This document shows positions 9,764 to 18,950 of a stretch of 64,000 bases of DNA, one piece after another. Location of the stretch: positions 1,344,001-1,408,000 of the forward strand of contig CBDBCY010000004.1 of the NCBI GenBank assembly GCA_965203555.1. Reading direction: 5' to 3'. The notes beneath the pieces are model-generated. The model searched no databases, had not been told where the DNA came from, and saw nothing but the letters and a program-made list of their open reading frames with translations. Source of the stretch: Acidimicrobiia bacterium (GTDB lineage: Bacteria > Actinomycetota > Acidimicrobiia > Spongiisociales > ZC4RG35). Position 1 is the first letter of the stretch, and each line of letters starts with the position of its first letter. A program made the position numbers and the translations under genes.

Positions 9764-10867
9764 ATGTCGGTTCGCAGGCAGAACACCAAACAGAGGTGGG
9801 AGGTAACCGAGGAAGATCTCACTCCCGCGGCGATGGGAGCGGCCATTCTGGGCACCGGCGGAGGCGGCAACCCCTACCTGGGACGGTTGCGGGCCCGGGC
9901 AGAGTTGCGCGCCGGCAAGAAGATCGAGATCATCGACCCCACGGAGATAGCTGACGACGATCTCCTGGTGGCGGCCGGAGGCATGGGTTCCCCCGTGGTC
10001 GCATACGAGAAAGTGGCGGGAGGAAGCGAGGAGACCGACGCCGTCCGGGCCTTGGAGCGCCACCTGGGCCGCCGCTTCACCGCCATCGCTCCGTTCGAGA
10101 TGGGAGGAGGCAACTCGATGGTGCCGCTGGTGGTCGGGGCCCGCCTCGGCATCCCGGTGGTGGACGGTGACGGCATGGGAAGGGCCTTTCCCGAACTGCA
10201 GATGATCACCTACCTCATCTACGGGGGGTCGCCGTTCCCTGCCGCCCTGGCCGACGAACGGGGCAACCGGATGGTGGTGGAGAGGATCCTCGACGCCCAC
10301 TGGTTGGAGAGAGTCCTGCGATCGGTCACCATCGACATGGGCGGTCACGCCGGCCTGGCCACCGCGGTGATGGACGGGGCTTTTTGCCGCAAGGCCGTCA
10401 TTCCCAACACGTTCTCGCTCGCCATCAGCATCGGGAGGGCGGTCCTCAACGCCCGCAGACGTCACGAGGACCCCGGCGAGGCCGTCGTGGGCGAGGCCGG
10501 CGGTTGTCGCTACATCCGGGGCAAGGTGGTTGACGTGGAGAGACGGGCCACGCGGGGCTTCGCCAAGGGGCGCCTGGTGATCGACGGGTTGGACGACGAC
10601 ACGGGACGCCGCGTGGAGATCGACTTCCAGAACGAGAACCTGGTGATCCGGGAGGGTGAAGATGTGCCCGTTACAGTCCCCGACCTCATCACCCTGGTGA
10701 CCAGCGACGAGGGCGAACCGATCACCACCGAATTGGTCCGATACGGGTTGCGGACCGACGTCCTGGTGATCCCGTGTCCCGACCTGCTCAAGACACCCGA
10801 GGCACTGGAGGTGGTGGGGCCGCGGGCCTTCGGTTATGACCTCGACTACCGTCCGCTGGTCACCTGA
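9764..10867 (+). CDS. DUF917 family protein (S-methyl thiohydantoin desulfurase-like fold)
   Basis: LGTGGGGNP, EMGGGNS, DGDGMGRAFPE, FQNENL, VPDLI and VGPRAFG motifs. Confidence 0.92.
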   Translation: MSVRRQNTKQRWEVTEEDLTPAAMGAAILGTGGGGNPYLGRLRARAELRAGKKIEIIDPTEIADDDLLVAAGGMGSPVVAYEKVAGGSEETDAVRALERHLGRRFTAIAPFEMGGGNSMVPLVVGARLGIPVVDGDGMGRAFPELQMITYLIYGGSPFPAALADERGNRMVVERILDAHWLERVLRSVTIDMGGHAGLATAVMDGAFCRKAVIPNTFSLAISIGRAVLNARRRHEDPGEAVVGEAGGCRYIRGKVVDVERRATRGFAKGRLVIDGLDDDTGRRVEIDFQNENLVIREGEDVPVTVPDLITLVTSDEGEPITTELVRYGLRTDVLVIPCPDLLKTPEALEVVGPRAFGYDLDYRPLVT

Positions 10868-10910
10868 CCACCTCGCCAACGGGATCGGGAGCGGAGTTCA
10901 GACCGAGAAG

Positions 10911-11402
10911 TCAGAGTTGAACGGACTCGTCGACGATGCCCAGTTGCTTGGCCCAGGACAGCTTGTCGGCCAGCGAGTAGTACTCCACCAGCTTGCCGTC
11001 CCGGACGCGGGCGAACGACATGCCGTCAACCTGAATCTTCTGACCGGCTGCGCCGTGCTCGAAGTGGGCGCCCTGCTGGGTGGCGTTGAAGGTCCACTTG
11101 GAAGCCACGGTGTCTCCGTCGGCCACGATCATGTTGAAGGTGGTCTGACCGTCCGGATAGGCGTTGCCCAACGCGATCAGGAAGTCCGCGTAGCCGTCCC
11201 GCCCGGGGCTGCGCACCGGGACATTGCGAATCACCACGTCGGGGTGTACGTACTCGTTTACCAAGGCCCGCATCCGGCCTTTCCACGAATCATCGGGCGG
11301 GTAGGGAAAGTCCCTCTCCTGACCCACCATGAACTCGACGAAGACCCGCCGGGTCTCCTCGGTGTCCCCGTCCGGATTTCCTTCGGGTAAAACAACAGGC
11401 AT
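10911..11402 (-). CDS. SnoaL-like/ester cyclase (NTF2-like) protein
   Basis: VHPDV, AYPD, ADGDTV and RVRDGKLVE motifs. Confidence 0.85.
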   Translation of the reverse strand: MPVVLPEGNPDGDTEETRRVFVEFMVGQERDFPYPPDDSWKGRMRALVNEYVHPDVVIRNVPVRSPGRDGYADFLIALGNAYPDGQTTFNMIVADGDTVASKWTFNATQQGAHFEHGAAGQKIQVDGMSFARVRDGKLVEYYSLADKLSWAKQLGIVDESVQL

Positions 11403-11443
11403 CTATTTCTCCTTTTTCTCCGGTCTGAGCCTCGGGTCGAGAT

Positions 11444-11935
11444 TCAGAGACGAACAGACTCGTCAACCACCCCCAACTGCTGGAGCCAACTGAGGCGATC
11501 GATCATCGCCCAGTGCTCGACAATCTTGCCGTCCTCGAAGCGCTCGAACATCACGCCCTCCACCCGGACCTTGCGTCCGGTGGGTTCGTGTTCAAAGTGA
11601 GACGACATCTGCGTCGCCGTGTAGTGCCACCGGGCGGCGGCCATGTTGCCGTCCACCATGATGATGTCGTAATTGGTGTTGGAGTCCGGGTAGGCCTCTC
11701 CCAGTCCCATCAGAAACTCCACCCAGCCGTCGCGACCGGGACGGCGCACCGGCACGTTGTGGAGAATCACGTCGGGATGAACGAATTCCTCCACCAGGTC
11801 CAGCAATCTCTGCTTCCATGAGTCGTCGGGCGGGTTGGGGAAGTCGGCCTCCTGACCCTCGAGCCACCGCATGAAGAGCCTGCGAGTTTCTTCGGTGTCA
11901 CCTTCCGGTGTCCAATCGGGAAAGCCTGACGGCAT
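11444..11935 (-). CDS. SnoaL-like/ester cyclase (NTF2-like) protein
   Basis: AYPD, PTGRKV and FEDGKIVEHW; start MPSGF at 11935 after an AAGGAAGG Shine-Dalgarno. Confidence 0.88.
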   Translation of the reverse strand: MPSGFPDWTPEGDTEETRRLFMRWLEGQEADFPNPPDDSWKQRLLDLVEEFVHPDVILHNVPVRRPGRDGWVEFLMGLGEAYPDSNTNYDIIMVDGNMAAARWHYTATQMSSHFEHEPTGRKVRVEGVMFERFEDGKIVEHWAMIDRLSWLQQLGVVDESVRL

Positions 11936-12033
11936 AATCGTTCCTTCCTTCGAGCTGACACGCCTATCTTGTTGGCGATAGGATTTCAAAATTAGCGGGA
12001 CAGAGACCGTAGACCTGAAGAAAAGGCATCCGC

Positions 12034-13095
12034 ATGTTGGCATATCAGTTCACCGAGTACGAGCAGGGTTTCGAACTTCGGGAAGTCCCAACCCCGCGAC
12101 CCGGTCCGGGAGAGACACTGATCCGGGTGGCGGGAGCGGGAGTGTGCCACTCCGATCTGTACCTGTGCGACTGGCCCCAATCGAGTCTGCCCTCCTACGA
12201 CCTTCCCTTCACGGTGGGACATGAAATCACCGGATGGGTGGAAGAGTCAGGGCCCGGCGGCGCGGATCTGGAGGTGGGCACACCGGTGGCCGTTTACGGA
12301 GCGTGGGGATGCGATGCATGCCGGCAATGTTCCGCTCAATATGAGAACTACTGCGAGAACGCCGCGGCGGTGGTGTCCTCCGGCCCGGGGAGGCCGGGTC
12401 TGGGCCGGGACGGAGGGATAGCCGAGTTCTTTCTGGCGCCGCAATCCCGGCACCTGGTACCCCTTCCGGACGGTCTCGACCCGGTGGAAGCCGCCCCCCT
12501 CACCGACGCCGGGTTGACCACCTATCACGCCATCAAGCAACAACTGCACCGGCTTTATCCCGGCGCGACGGCCGTGGTCATCGGGATCGGAGGGCTCGGT
12601 TCACTGGCCGTGCAGACTCTCCGGGCACTGTCGGCCGCCCAGGTGATCGGCGTCGACATCGCCCCCGACCGGTTGAAAGCGGCCCGCCGGCAGGGTGCCC
12701 ATGACGCCGTGCTGGCTGACGAAAACGCCTCCGCCGCCATCCGGGAAGCAACCGGTGGCCGGGGAGCGGAATTGATCCTGGACATAGTGGGGACCGACGA
12801 CAGCCTGTCTCTTGCCGTCTCGGTAGCAGCGATCCGCGGGCACATCACCGTGGTGGGCATCGGACCCGGATCTTTTCCGATGGGATACGTCCATGTTCCC
12901 CGGGGGCTCTCTGCTTCCACCGTGTTCTGGGGCGCCATCCCCGATCTGGCCGAAGTGGTGGCCCTGGCCGGCGCCGGCGCTATCCGAAGCGACACAGAGG
13001 AGTTTTCCATGCAAGAAGCCCCCCTCGCCTATGGCAAACTCAGGGAGGGAACCTTGCAGGGCCGGGCGGTGATCGTCCCTCATGGTGCAGGGTGA
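12034..13095 (+). CDS. Zn-dependent NAD(P) alcohol dehydrogenase (MDR)
   Basis: GVCHSD, GHE, CDACRQC..C, DAGLTTYHA and GIGGLG. Confidence 0.92.
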   Translation: MLAYQFTEYEQGFELREVPTPRPGPGETLIRVAGAGVCHSDLYLCDWPQSSLPSYDLPFTVGHEITGWVEESGPGGADLEVGTPVAVYGAWGCDACRQCSAQYENYCENAAAVVSSGPGRPGLGRDGGIAEFFLAPQSRHLVPLPDGLDPVEAAPLTDAGLTTYHAIKQQLHRLYPGATAVVIGIGGLGSLAVQTLRALSAAQVIGVDIAPDRLKAARRQGAHDAVLADENASAAIREATGGRGAELILDIVGTDDSLSLAVSVAAIRGHITVVGIGPGSFPMGYVHVPRGLSASTVFWGAIPDLAEVVALAGAGAIRSDTEEFSMQEAPLAYGKLREGTLQGRAVIVPHGAG

Positions 13096-13096
13096 G

Positions 13097-14125
13097 ATGC
13101 CCGTGACATCTAGGACTAGACGCTGGGTACTGGCATCCACTCCGGACGGCGAACCCAAGACCTCGGACTTCGAGATGGTCTCTGTGGAACTGCCGCCGCT
13201 GCGGGAGGGGGGAATAGCGGTCAGCAATACTTTCATCTCGGTGGATCCCGGGGTGCTGGACCGGCTCACCCGTGACAGCTACGCACCGCAGTTGCGGCCC
13301 GGGGAGGTCGTAGACGGGTTCGCGGTTGGGGTGGTCACTTCCTCCCGGAATCCCCGCTTCGAGGTGGGAGATCGGGTGACCTGCGGCAACGGCTGGCGAG
13401 AGAGCTACGTCTCTTCCGGCCGGGGAGTCATGAAACTCCACCCGAAGGTGTTCGGTCCGCCGATATCAGAGCGAGCGGCCATCGGCGCCCTGGGGGTTTC
13501 CGGTCTGACCGCCTACTTGGGCGTGCGCGGCGTGGCGCGGGCCAAGTCCGGAGAAACGGTGCTGGTCTCCTCGGCGGCCGGAGCGGTGGGCAGCACCGCC
13601 GTCCAGGTGGCCCGCAACCTGGGATGCCGGGTGGTGGGCATCGCCGGTTCGGATGAGAAGGTCCGCCTGGTGGTCGAGGAACTGGGTGCGGAGGTCTGCA
13701 TCAACTACCGGGAGGACCCCGACCTGGCTGCGGCAATTTCGAAGGCCTGTCCCGGCGGCGTCGACGTGTTCTTCGACAATGTCGGCGGCGAGACCCTGGA
13801 CGCGGCGCTGGTGAACATGAGTCAGGGGGGAAGGGTGGCGGTCTCGGGACAGGTCAGCGAGTACTCCCGCGTCCGACCGCGGGGGATCCGCGCGGTGGGC
13901 GAATTCATAAACCGGCGGATCACCATGACCGGCTTCGTGGTGTGGGATTTCCTCCCCCAGTTCCGAGAGGCCATGGCGGAAATGAGAGGTTGGGTCGTCG
14001 ACGGCAAACTGGTGTTCCGGGAGGAGATCATCGACGGGTTCGAGAACGCCCCGGCGGCGTTTATCGGCCTGTTCCGGGGAGAGAACCGCGGGCGGCGGTT
14101 GATCAGACTGGCCCCCGGTGACTGA
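13097..14125 (+). CDS. NADP-dependent alkenal/enone reductase (PTGR/CurA-like MDR)
   Basis: ISVDP, GLTAY, AAGAVGS, FFDNVGG and GFENAPAAF. Confidence 0.9.
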   Translation: MPVTSRTRRWVLASTPDGEPKTSDFEMVSVELPPLREGGIAVSNTFISVDPGVLDRLTRDSYAPQLRPGEVVDGFAVGVVTSSRNPRFEVGDRVTCGNGWRESYVSSGRGVMKLHPKVFGPPISERAAIGALGVSGLTAYLGVRGVARAKSGETVLVSSAAGAVGSTAVQVARNLGCRVVGIAGSDEKVRLVVEELGAEVCINYREDPDLAAAISKACPGGVDVFFDNVGGETLDAALVNMSQGGRVAVSGQVSEYSRVRPRGIRAVGEFINRRITMTGFVVWDFLPQFREAMAEMRGWVVDGKLVFREEIIDGFENAPAAFIGLFRGENRGRRLIRLAPGD

Positions 14126-14963
14126 ACCGGTGCTCATCTCAGAACGGGAGGGGGCGGTGCTGTGGCTGACCCTGAATCGACCTCGCTACCGCAACGCCAT
14201 CAACGTGGCTCTCATCACCGCCCTGGACGGGGCCCTGTCCGCCGCCGCCTCCGACGACGGTATCGGAGCGGTGATAATCGGCGGCGCCGGTCCCCACTTT
14301 TGCTCCGGGCATGACCTGGGCAGCCCCGGACGGGACCTGGAAAAGCCCTTCCCGAGAGTCGCCACCACCTGGTACGACCACTCCGACAAGGAAGGGGCCG
14401 AAACGATCCTGGTGCGAGAGGACGAGGCCTACCTGTCCGTTCCGCTTCGCTGGAGAGAGCTTCCCAAGCCCCTGATCGCCATGGTGCACGGGGCGTGCGT
14501 GGCCGGGGGGTTGTCGCTGATCTGGCCCGCCGACCTGATCGTGGCCTCCGACGACGCCTACTTCGCCGACCCGGTGGTGAGGATGGGTATCCCCGGTATC
14601 GAGTATTTCGCTCACCAGTACGTGATGTCCACCCGCATCGCCCGCGAGTTCCTGCTGGTGGGCGACCGCATGTCCGCCGCCCGCGCCTACGAGGTCGGGA
14701 TGGTCAACCGAGTGGTCCCCCGCGACCGGCTGCGGGAGACCACAGCCCGGCTGGCGCAGCGGTGCGCCGCCCGGCCACGGTTCGGAGTGGCGCTGGCCAA
14801 GAGAGCCCTCAACGCGGTGGAGGATCGCATGGGATTACGAGATGGAATGTCAACGGCGTTCGGCCTCCATCAGGTGGCGCACGCCCACAGCGCTCTCACA
14901 TCAGACGATCATGTCGGCGGCCAGACCCCCCGCTCCATCGCCCGGGATCTGGCACCGGAATAG
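14118..14963 (+). CDS. Enoyl-CoA hydratase/crotonase family protein
   Basis: LNRP..RNA, FCSGHDL and VHGACVAGG. Confidence 0.9.
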   Translation: MTEPVLISEREGAVLWLTLNRPRYRNAINVALITALDGALSAAASDDGIGAVIIGGAGPHFCSGHDLGSPGRDLEKPFPRVATTWYDHSDKEGAETILVREDEAYLSVPLRWRELPKPLIAMVHGACVAGGLSLIWPADLIVASDDAYFADPVVRMGIPGIEYFAHQYVMSTRIAREFLLVGDRMSAARAYEVGMVNRVVPRDRLRETTARLAQRCAARPRFGVALAKRALNAVEDRMGLRDGMSTAFGLHQVAHAHSALTSDDHVGGQTPRSIARDLAPE

Positions 14964-14998
14964 CTTCGAAGACTGCACTTCGAAAATGGCAAAATTGA

Positions 14999-15162
14999 AA
15001 AATCTTTAGCAAATTCGTAACCAAACCGGTCTTTAAAGATTTAAAGGCACCAAAACCCTACCCATAACCGTTTGGCCTCATATCTAAAGATTTGTTCCAA
15101 AAACCCTATAGGTAAATGTCGAATGCACTCTATATTAAAGATTTATCTCCTAAAAACCCTAC
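14999..15162 (+). repeat. AT-rich array: TAAAGATTT at an exact 51-bp period, each copy followed by AAAACCCTA, plus one inverted copy
   Basis: TAAAGATTT at 15034, 15085 and 15136; AAAACCCTA at 15052, 15100 and 15153; inverted AAATCTTTA at 15000-15008. Confidence 0.85.
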
Positions 15163-15171
15163 GGAGGACCG

Positions 15172-16959
15172 TTGGTGAGCTATTCCTTTACTTTTCTGCC
15201 TCAACCAAAGCGTATAGCAGAGGTTGACCGGGTTTTGCAAGCCCTGAGCAAGGGCGACACTCCCGTGAGCGAACTGGAGTCACAAGCGGTGGACATCAAG
15301 GAGGAGACGGACCGCCGGGCAAGGGACGGGTCGATCCGACCTGGATTCAAAAGGAACGAAAAGGTAGCCGATCAGTTGGCTGAAGCCGCGGCATGCATGG
15401 CCAACACTCAAGGTGGCGGGACACTCATTGTCGGCGTGGACGACAAGACCAGCCAGATCATCGGCGCGGACACCGACCCACACTGGCTGAGAAGCAGGAT
15501 CTACGATCTCACCGACCGCAAGCTGGCCGTGAACATCCAGACCGTCAAGATCAACGGAAAGCCACTGTTGGTCATAGACGCTCCACAAGCCGTCGAGCCG
15601 GTGCCCTACCGAGGCAAATACCGGCACCGGGTAGACGCCCGGTGCGTGCCCGTCACATCAACCCTGCTATTAGGCGGGCTGTTCGCCGACTTGGCGGTGG
15701 ACCCTTCCCACCAACCGTCTGATACACCGATCAGCGCGGTCTCCAGGACGGCGGAGCTAGCGTTGAGGAACCAACTCGCAAGCCACGACCCCAGTAAGAC
15801 GGAGTTGCCTCTGGGAGACCTTCTGAGCCGCCTCGGACTCCTCGCCGGGAACGGCGAGCACCTCAACAAGGCGGGAGAGATGCTGCTGTCCGAGCGAGAC
15901 CAGCCAGCCATTGACTACTCGCATCGACGCGTCCCCGGCGGGCCGTCCACGGTGCGAGTCGCGGAAGGAGGTTTGTCGTTGCTGGAAGAAGTTCTAGAAG
16001 TGGAGGCAGTGGCCAACCGCTACAGTCCCCTCACCGAAATCACCACCGGGCTTCAAGTCCACAAGGTTCGGGCGATTCCCGAACGCTCGCTGCGGGAAAG
16101 CATCCTGAATGCGGTATGTCACCGGGATTGGAGCTTGCCCCGCCCAACAGTGGTGGAACACATCGGAAACGACTTCCGAGTCACCTCTCCCGGTGGCCTC
16201 ATCGGCGGCGTCACCGAGGACAACATCATTACCCATCCTTCTGCGCCTCGCTACCGCACGCTCATGACCGCTATGCGCAAAATTGGACTCGTGGAGCAGG
16301 AGGGCGTCGGGATGGACATGATGTTCGCAGAGATGATCCGTGTGGGCAGTCGCCCACCGCTCATCGAGGGAACGCCTGACCCCGCAGTCCGCGTCATTCT
16401 GTACGGGCAACGGGCAGACGAATCATGGTTCAGATTCTTCGTGAATCTCATCCCTCAATCCGGGATGGACGATGTGGACGCCGCCTTGGTGGTGTGGCAA
16501 GGCGCCCGGGAGTCCTCGTATCTCACCGGTCGATCATGCGCAAGACTCCTGCAACGTTCCGACCGTGATGCTGAAGAAGCCCTGCACAGGGTGGCTGCCT
16601 ACACCTTCAAGTTCCAGGCCGCCCTAACCAGCCGAATTTCGGATACGGGAGAGACACCTCCGGTCGAGAAGGCTTTCGTTCTTGATCCCATCAAAGTTCC
16701 ACCGAACACCCCGCCCGCTTGGAGGCTGAGCCGGCAGGCGCGGTCGGCCCTGGGGTTGACCCGCATCAGCGAGTCAACCGAATCAACCCTGTCCTGGGCG
16801 CGGGAACGCGGCCGGATCTCTTCGAGCGAATACTGTGAGATAACCGGCGTCTCGGGAGCGACAGCCGTGAAGCGCCTCAAAGAACTGGCGGACGGAGGTC
16901 TCCTCACACCTTCTTCCGAATCCGGCCGGGGGCGAGGTTTCCACTACCTGCCCGTCTGA
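15172..16959 (+). CDS. Schlafen/AlbA_2 + HATPase_c_4 + C-terminal wHTH protein
   Basis: ESQAVDIKE, MANTQGGGTLIVGVDD, LRESILNAVCHRDW, VTSPGG, GLVEQEGVGMD and a C-terminal wHTH (GVSGATAVKRLKEL...GRGFHY). Confidence 0.85.
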   Translation: MVSYSFTFLPQPKRIAEVDRVLQALSKGDTPVSELESQAVDIKEETDRRARDGSIRPGFKRNEKVADQLAEAAACMANTQGGGTLIVGVDDKTSQIIGADTDPHWLRSRIYDLTDRKLAVNIQTVKINGKPLLVIDAPQAVEPVPYRGKYRHRVDARCVPVTSTLLLGGLFADLAVDPSHQPSDTPISAVSRTAELALRNQLASHDPSKTELPLGDLLSRLGLLAGNGEHLNKAGEMLLSERDQPAIDYSHRRVPGGPSTVRVAEGGLSLLEEVLEVEAVANRYSPLTEITTGLQVHKVRAIPERSLRESILNAVCHRDWSLPRPTVVEHIGNDFRVTSPGGLIGGVTEDNIITHPSAPRYRTLMTAMRKIGLVEQEGVGMDMMFAEMIRVGSRPPLIEGTPDPAVRVILYGQRADESWFRFFVNLIPQSGMDDVDAALVVWQGARESSYLTGRSCARLLQRSDRDAEEALHRVAAYTFKFQAALTSRISDTGETPPVEKAFVLDPIKVPPNTPPAWRLSRQARSALGLTRISESTESTLSWARERGRISSSEYCEITGVSGATAVKRLKELADGGLLTPSSESGRGRGFHYLPV

Positions 16960-17047
16960 CCTCCCGCAAATCCGGACCGACTCGGAGGGGAAAAACAACG
17001 CCCGGTCAGAGTGTCGGACAGTATGTACACTGGTCAGCGGACTAACA

Positions 17048-17076
17048 GGGAGGAGCCGTCCGAGACCGCTCCTCCC
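17048..17076. terminator. Stem-loop between convergent genes
   Basis: GGGAGGAGC/GCTCCTCCC perfect 9-bp stem. Confidence 0.5.
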
Positions 17077-17160
17077 GTTACATCTTCAGCACTAAAGGCC
17101 GCCCAGCCTTTCGGGGCTCAGATTTGCATGACCGAAATGGGCTTTGGGGCATGTTCCGCA

Positions 17161-17356
17161 TCAACCCCAGATGTCGCCGATGGTGTAGCCCTCGGGGAAC
17201 GGGTCGGCGGGGTCCGGCACGTACCGGGCTTTGCCGGTGATCCAGGCGGTTCCGGTGATGGTGGGAATGACCGCCGGGGTCCCTCCTGCAGTTGTCTCTC
17301 CGATGAGGCGTCCGGTGAACACGGTGCCCAGGGGGCCGCAGTGGCGGAAGTCTTCA
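17161..17356 (-). pseudogene. Partial duplicate of the 3' end of the proline-racemase-family gene
   Basis: EDFRHCGPLGTVFTGRL...DPFPEGYTIGDIWG* closely matches 17757-17952 at DNA level; the upstream part is degenerate. Confidence 0.85.
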
Positions 17357-17756
17357 CATAGATGGGACTGACCGCTGGCCGCCAGGTTCCCCTCCATCGC
17401 GCGAGATCTCGGCTGCGAGTGGGGGCGGATCCGATTCCAGGGGCTGCTCGCGAAATAAACCCCCGTTGACGGGTTGACTCTGTCACAGGCATGTCGCACG
17501 CTGTCTGCATCACAAGACCTGCCGGTCCGTTCCGGCGTCGCTCGGGCCGCAACATCAAAGACGGGGTTCAAATCTCGGGAAACGCTCCCCTCGCGGGACT
17601 GGCGGAGCGCGTCCAAAACGGCAAGGCGGTGGTGGGGGCGGGCCCTGGCGCGAGAAGGGTCGATCGGAATTCGCGGGATAGTGACGGTTTTCGCGGGGTG
17701 GGTGTGGTCCGTCGGGGGGCCGGGTGAAACGGCCCACCGGTTGGGTTATGTCCGGC

Positions 17757-18812
17757 TCAGCCCCAGATGTCGCCGATGGTGTAGCCCTCGGGGAACGGGT
17801 CGGTGGGGTCCAGCACGTACTGGGCCATGCCGGTGATCCAGGCGGTTCCGGTGATGGTGGGAATGACCGCCGGGGTCCCGCCGACAGTTGTCTCTGTGAT
17901 CAGGCGTCCGGTGAACACGGTGCCCAGGGGGCCGTAGTGCCGGAAGTCCTCGCCGATCGCCAGTTCTCCGCGGGCATGGAGGACGGCCATGCGCGCCGAG
18001 GTCCCGGTGCCGCAGGGAGAACGGTCCAGGGCGCCCGTCCAGGTCTCCGGCCGGTCCCAGTCGAGATCGCCGGTGGCCACGGTGACCGCGTTCCTGGCCT
18101 CTCCCGCCTCCCGGTCGAAAGGCTCGGTGATCATGCCGATGCTGGCCCGGCGAATCTCGGGATTCTCGGGGTGGACCGCCTCCAGCTGCTCCCGCGCCGC
18201 CTGCTTGACCATGGCGCCCACGCGGGCCATCTCTCGGCCGTTCTCGGGGCGGATGGAGATGCCGAACCGCCGGGCGTCGGCGATGGCGAAGAACATCCCT
18301 CCCCAGGAAACGTCCACCTCCACCTCTCCCAGGGTGGGAATCTCCACGGTGGCGCCCAGGTGGACAGGGAAGGCGGGAACGTTCTCGAACGTCACTGCGG
18401 TGACCTTGCCACCCTCCACCCGCGCCTCGACGCCCAGCAATCCGGCGGGAGTCTCCAGCGTCAGTTCGGTCACAGGTTCCCGGGCAGACACCATCCCCGT
18501 CTCGACCAGCGCCGTAACAGTGCAGATCGTGTTGTGCCCCGACATGGGCGGATACTCGGTCTGTTCCATGATCACGAAACCGGCGTCCGCTCCGGGCACG
18601 GTGGGCGGCAGGACCAGATTGCAGTTGGCGGCCGGGTAACCGCGGGGTTCGCGGAGCATGAGCTTTCGAAGACCGTCGGCGCGCCCCTCCAGGTACTGCA
18701 TCTTCTCGAACATGGAAGCGCCGGGAACATCGCCCACCCCGCCGACGATCACCCTTGCGTGCTCTCCGGCCGCGTGCAGGTCCACCGCCTCGATCATCCG
18801 GTCCACTCTCAT
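17757..18812 (-). CDS. Proline racemase family protein (Ser/Cys active-site pair)
   Basis: DLHAAGE, LREPRG, PMSGHN and DRSPCGTGT; start MRVDR at 18812. Confidence 0.92.
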   Translation of the reverse strand: MRVDRMIEAVDLHAAGEHARVIVGGVGDVPGASMFEKMQYLEGRADGLRKLMLREPRGYPAANCNLVLPPTVPGADAGFVIMEQTEYPPMSGHNTICTVTALVETGMVSAREPVTELTLETPAGLLGVEARVEGGKVTAVTFENVPAFPVHLGATVEIPTLGEVEVDVSWGGMFFAIADARRFGISIRPENGREMARVGAMVKQAAREQLEAVHPENPEIRRASIGMITEPFDREAGEARNAVTVATGDLDWDRPETWTGALDRSPCGTGTSARMAVLHARGELAIGEDFRHYGPLGTVFTGRLITETTVGGTPAVIPTITGTAWITGMAQYVLDPTDPFPEGYTIGDIWG

Positions 18813-18950
18813 AATCAAACGACTCCTTCCACGTTCGGGGCTCGGGCGAGATGCTTCGTTGAGAACATCCTGCTCGCCCTGAACATCGACTCCGTCGAAA
18901 TCATCATACGAGAAGGGGACGGCGCCCGCCCTTGTTACGCTCACCGGAAC

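Noticed and set aside
15034-15162. 51-bp array as a canonical CRISPR
   Set aside because: The conserved parts are two 9-bp blocks with variable spacing, the period is too short and there are no cas genes; kept as an operator-like array.
17161-17952. Diversity-generating retroelement template/variable repeat pair
   Set aside because: No reverse transcriptase in the window, and mismatches are not restricted to adenines.
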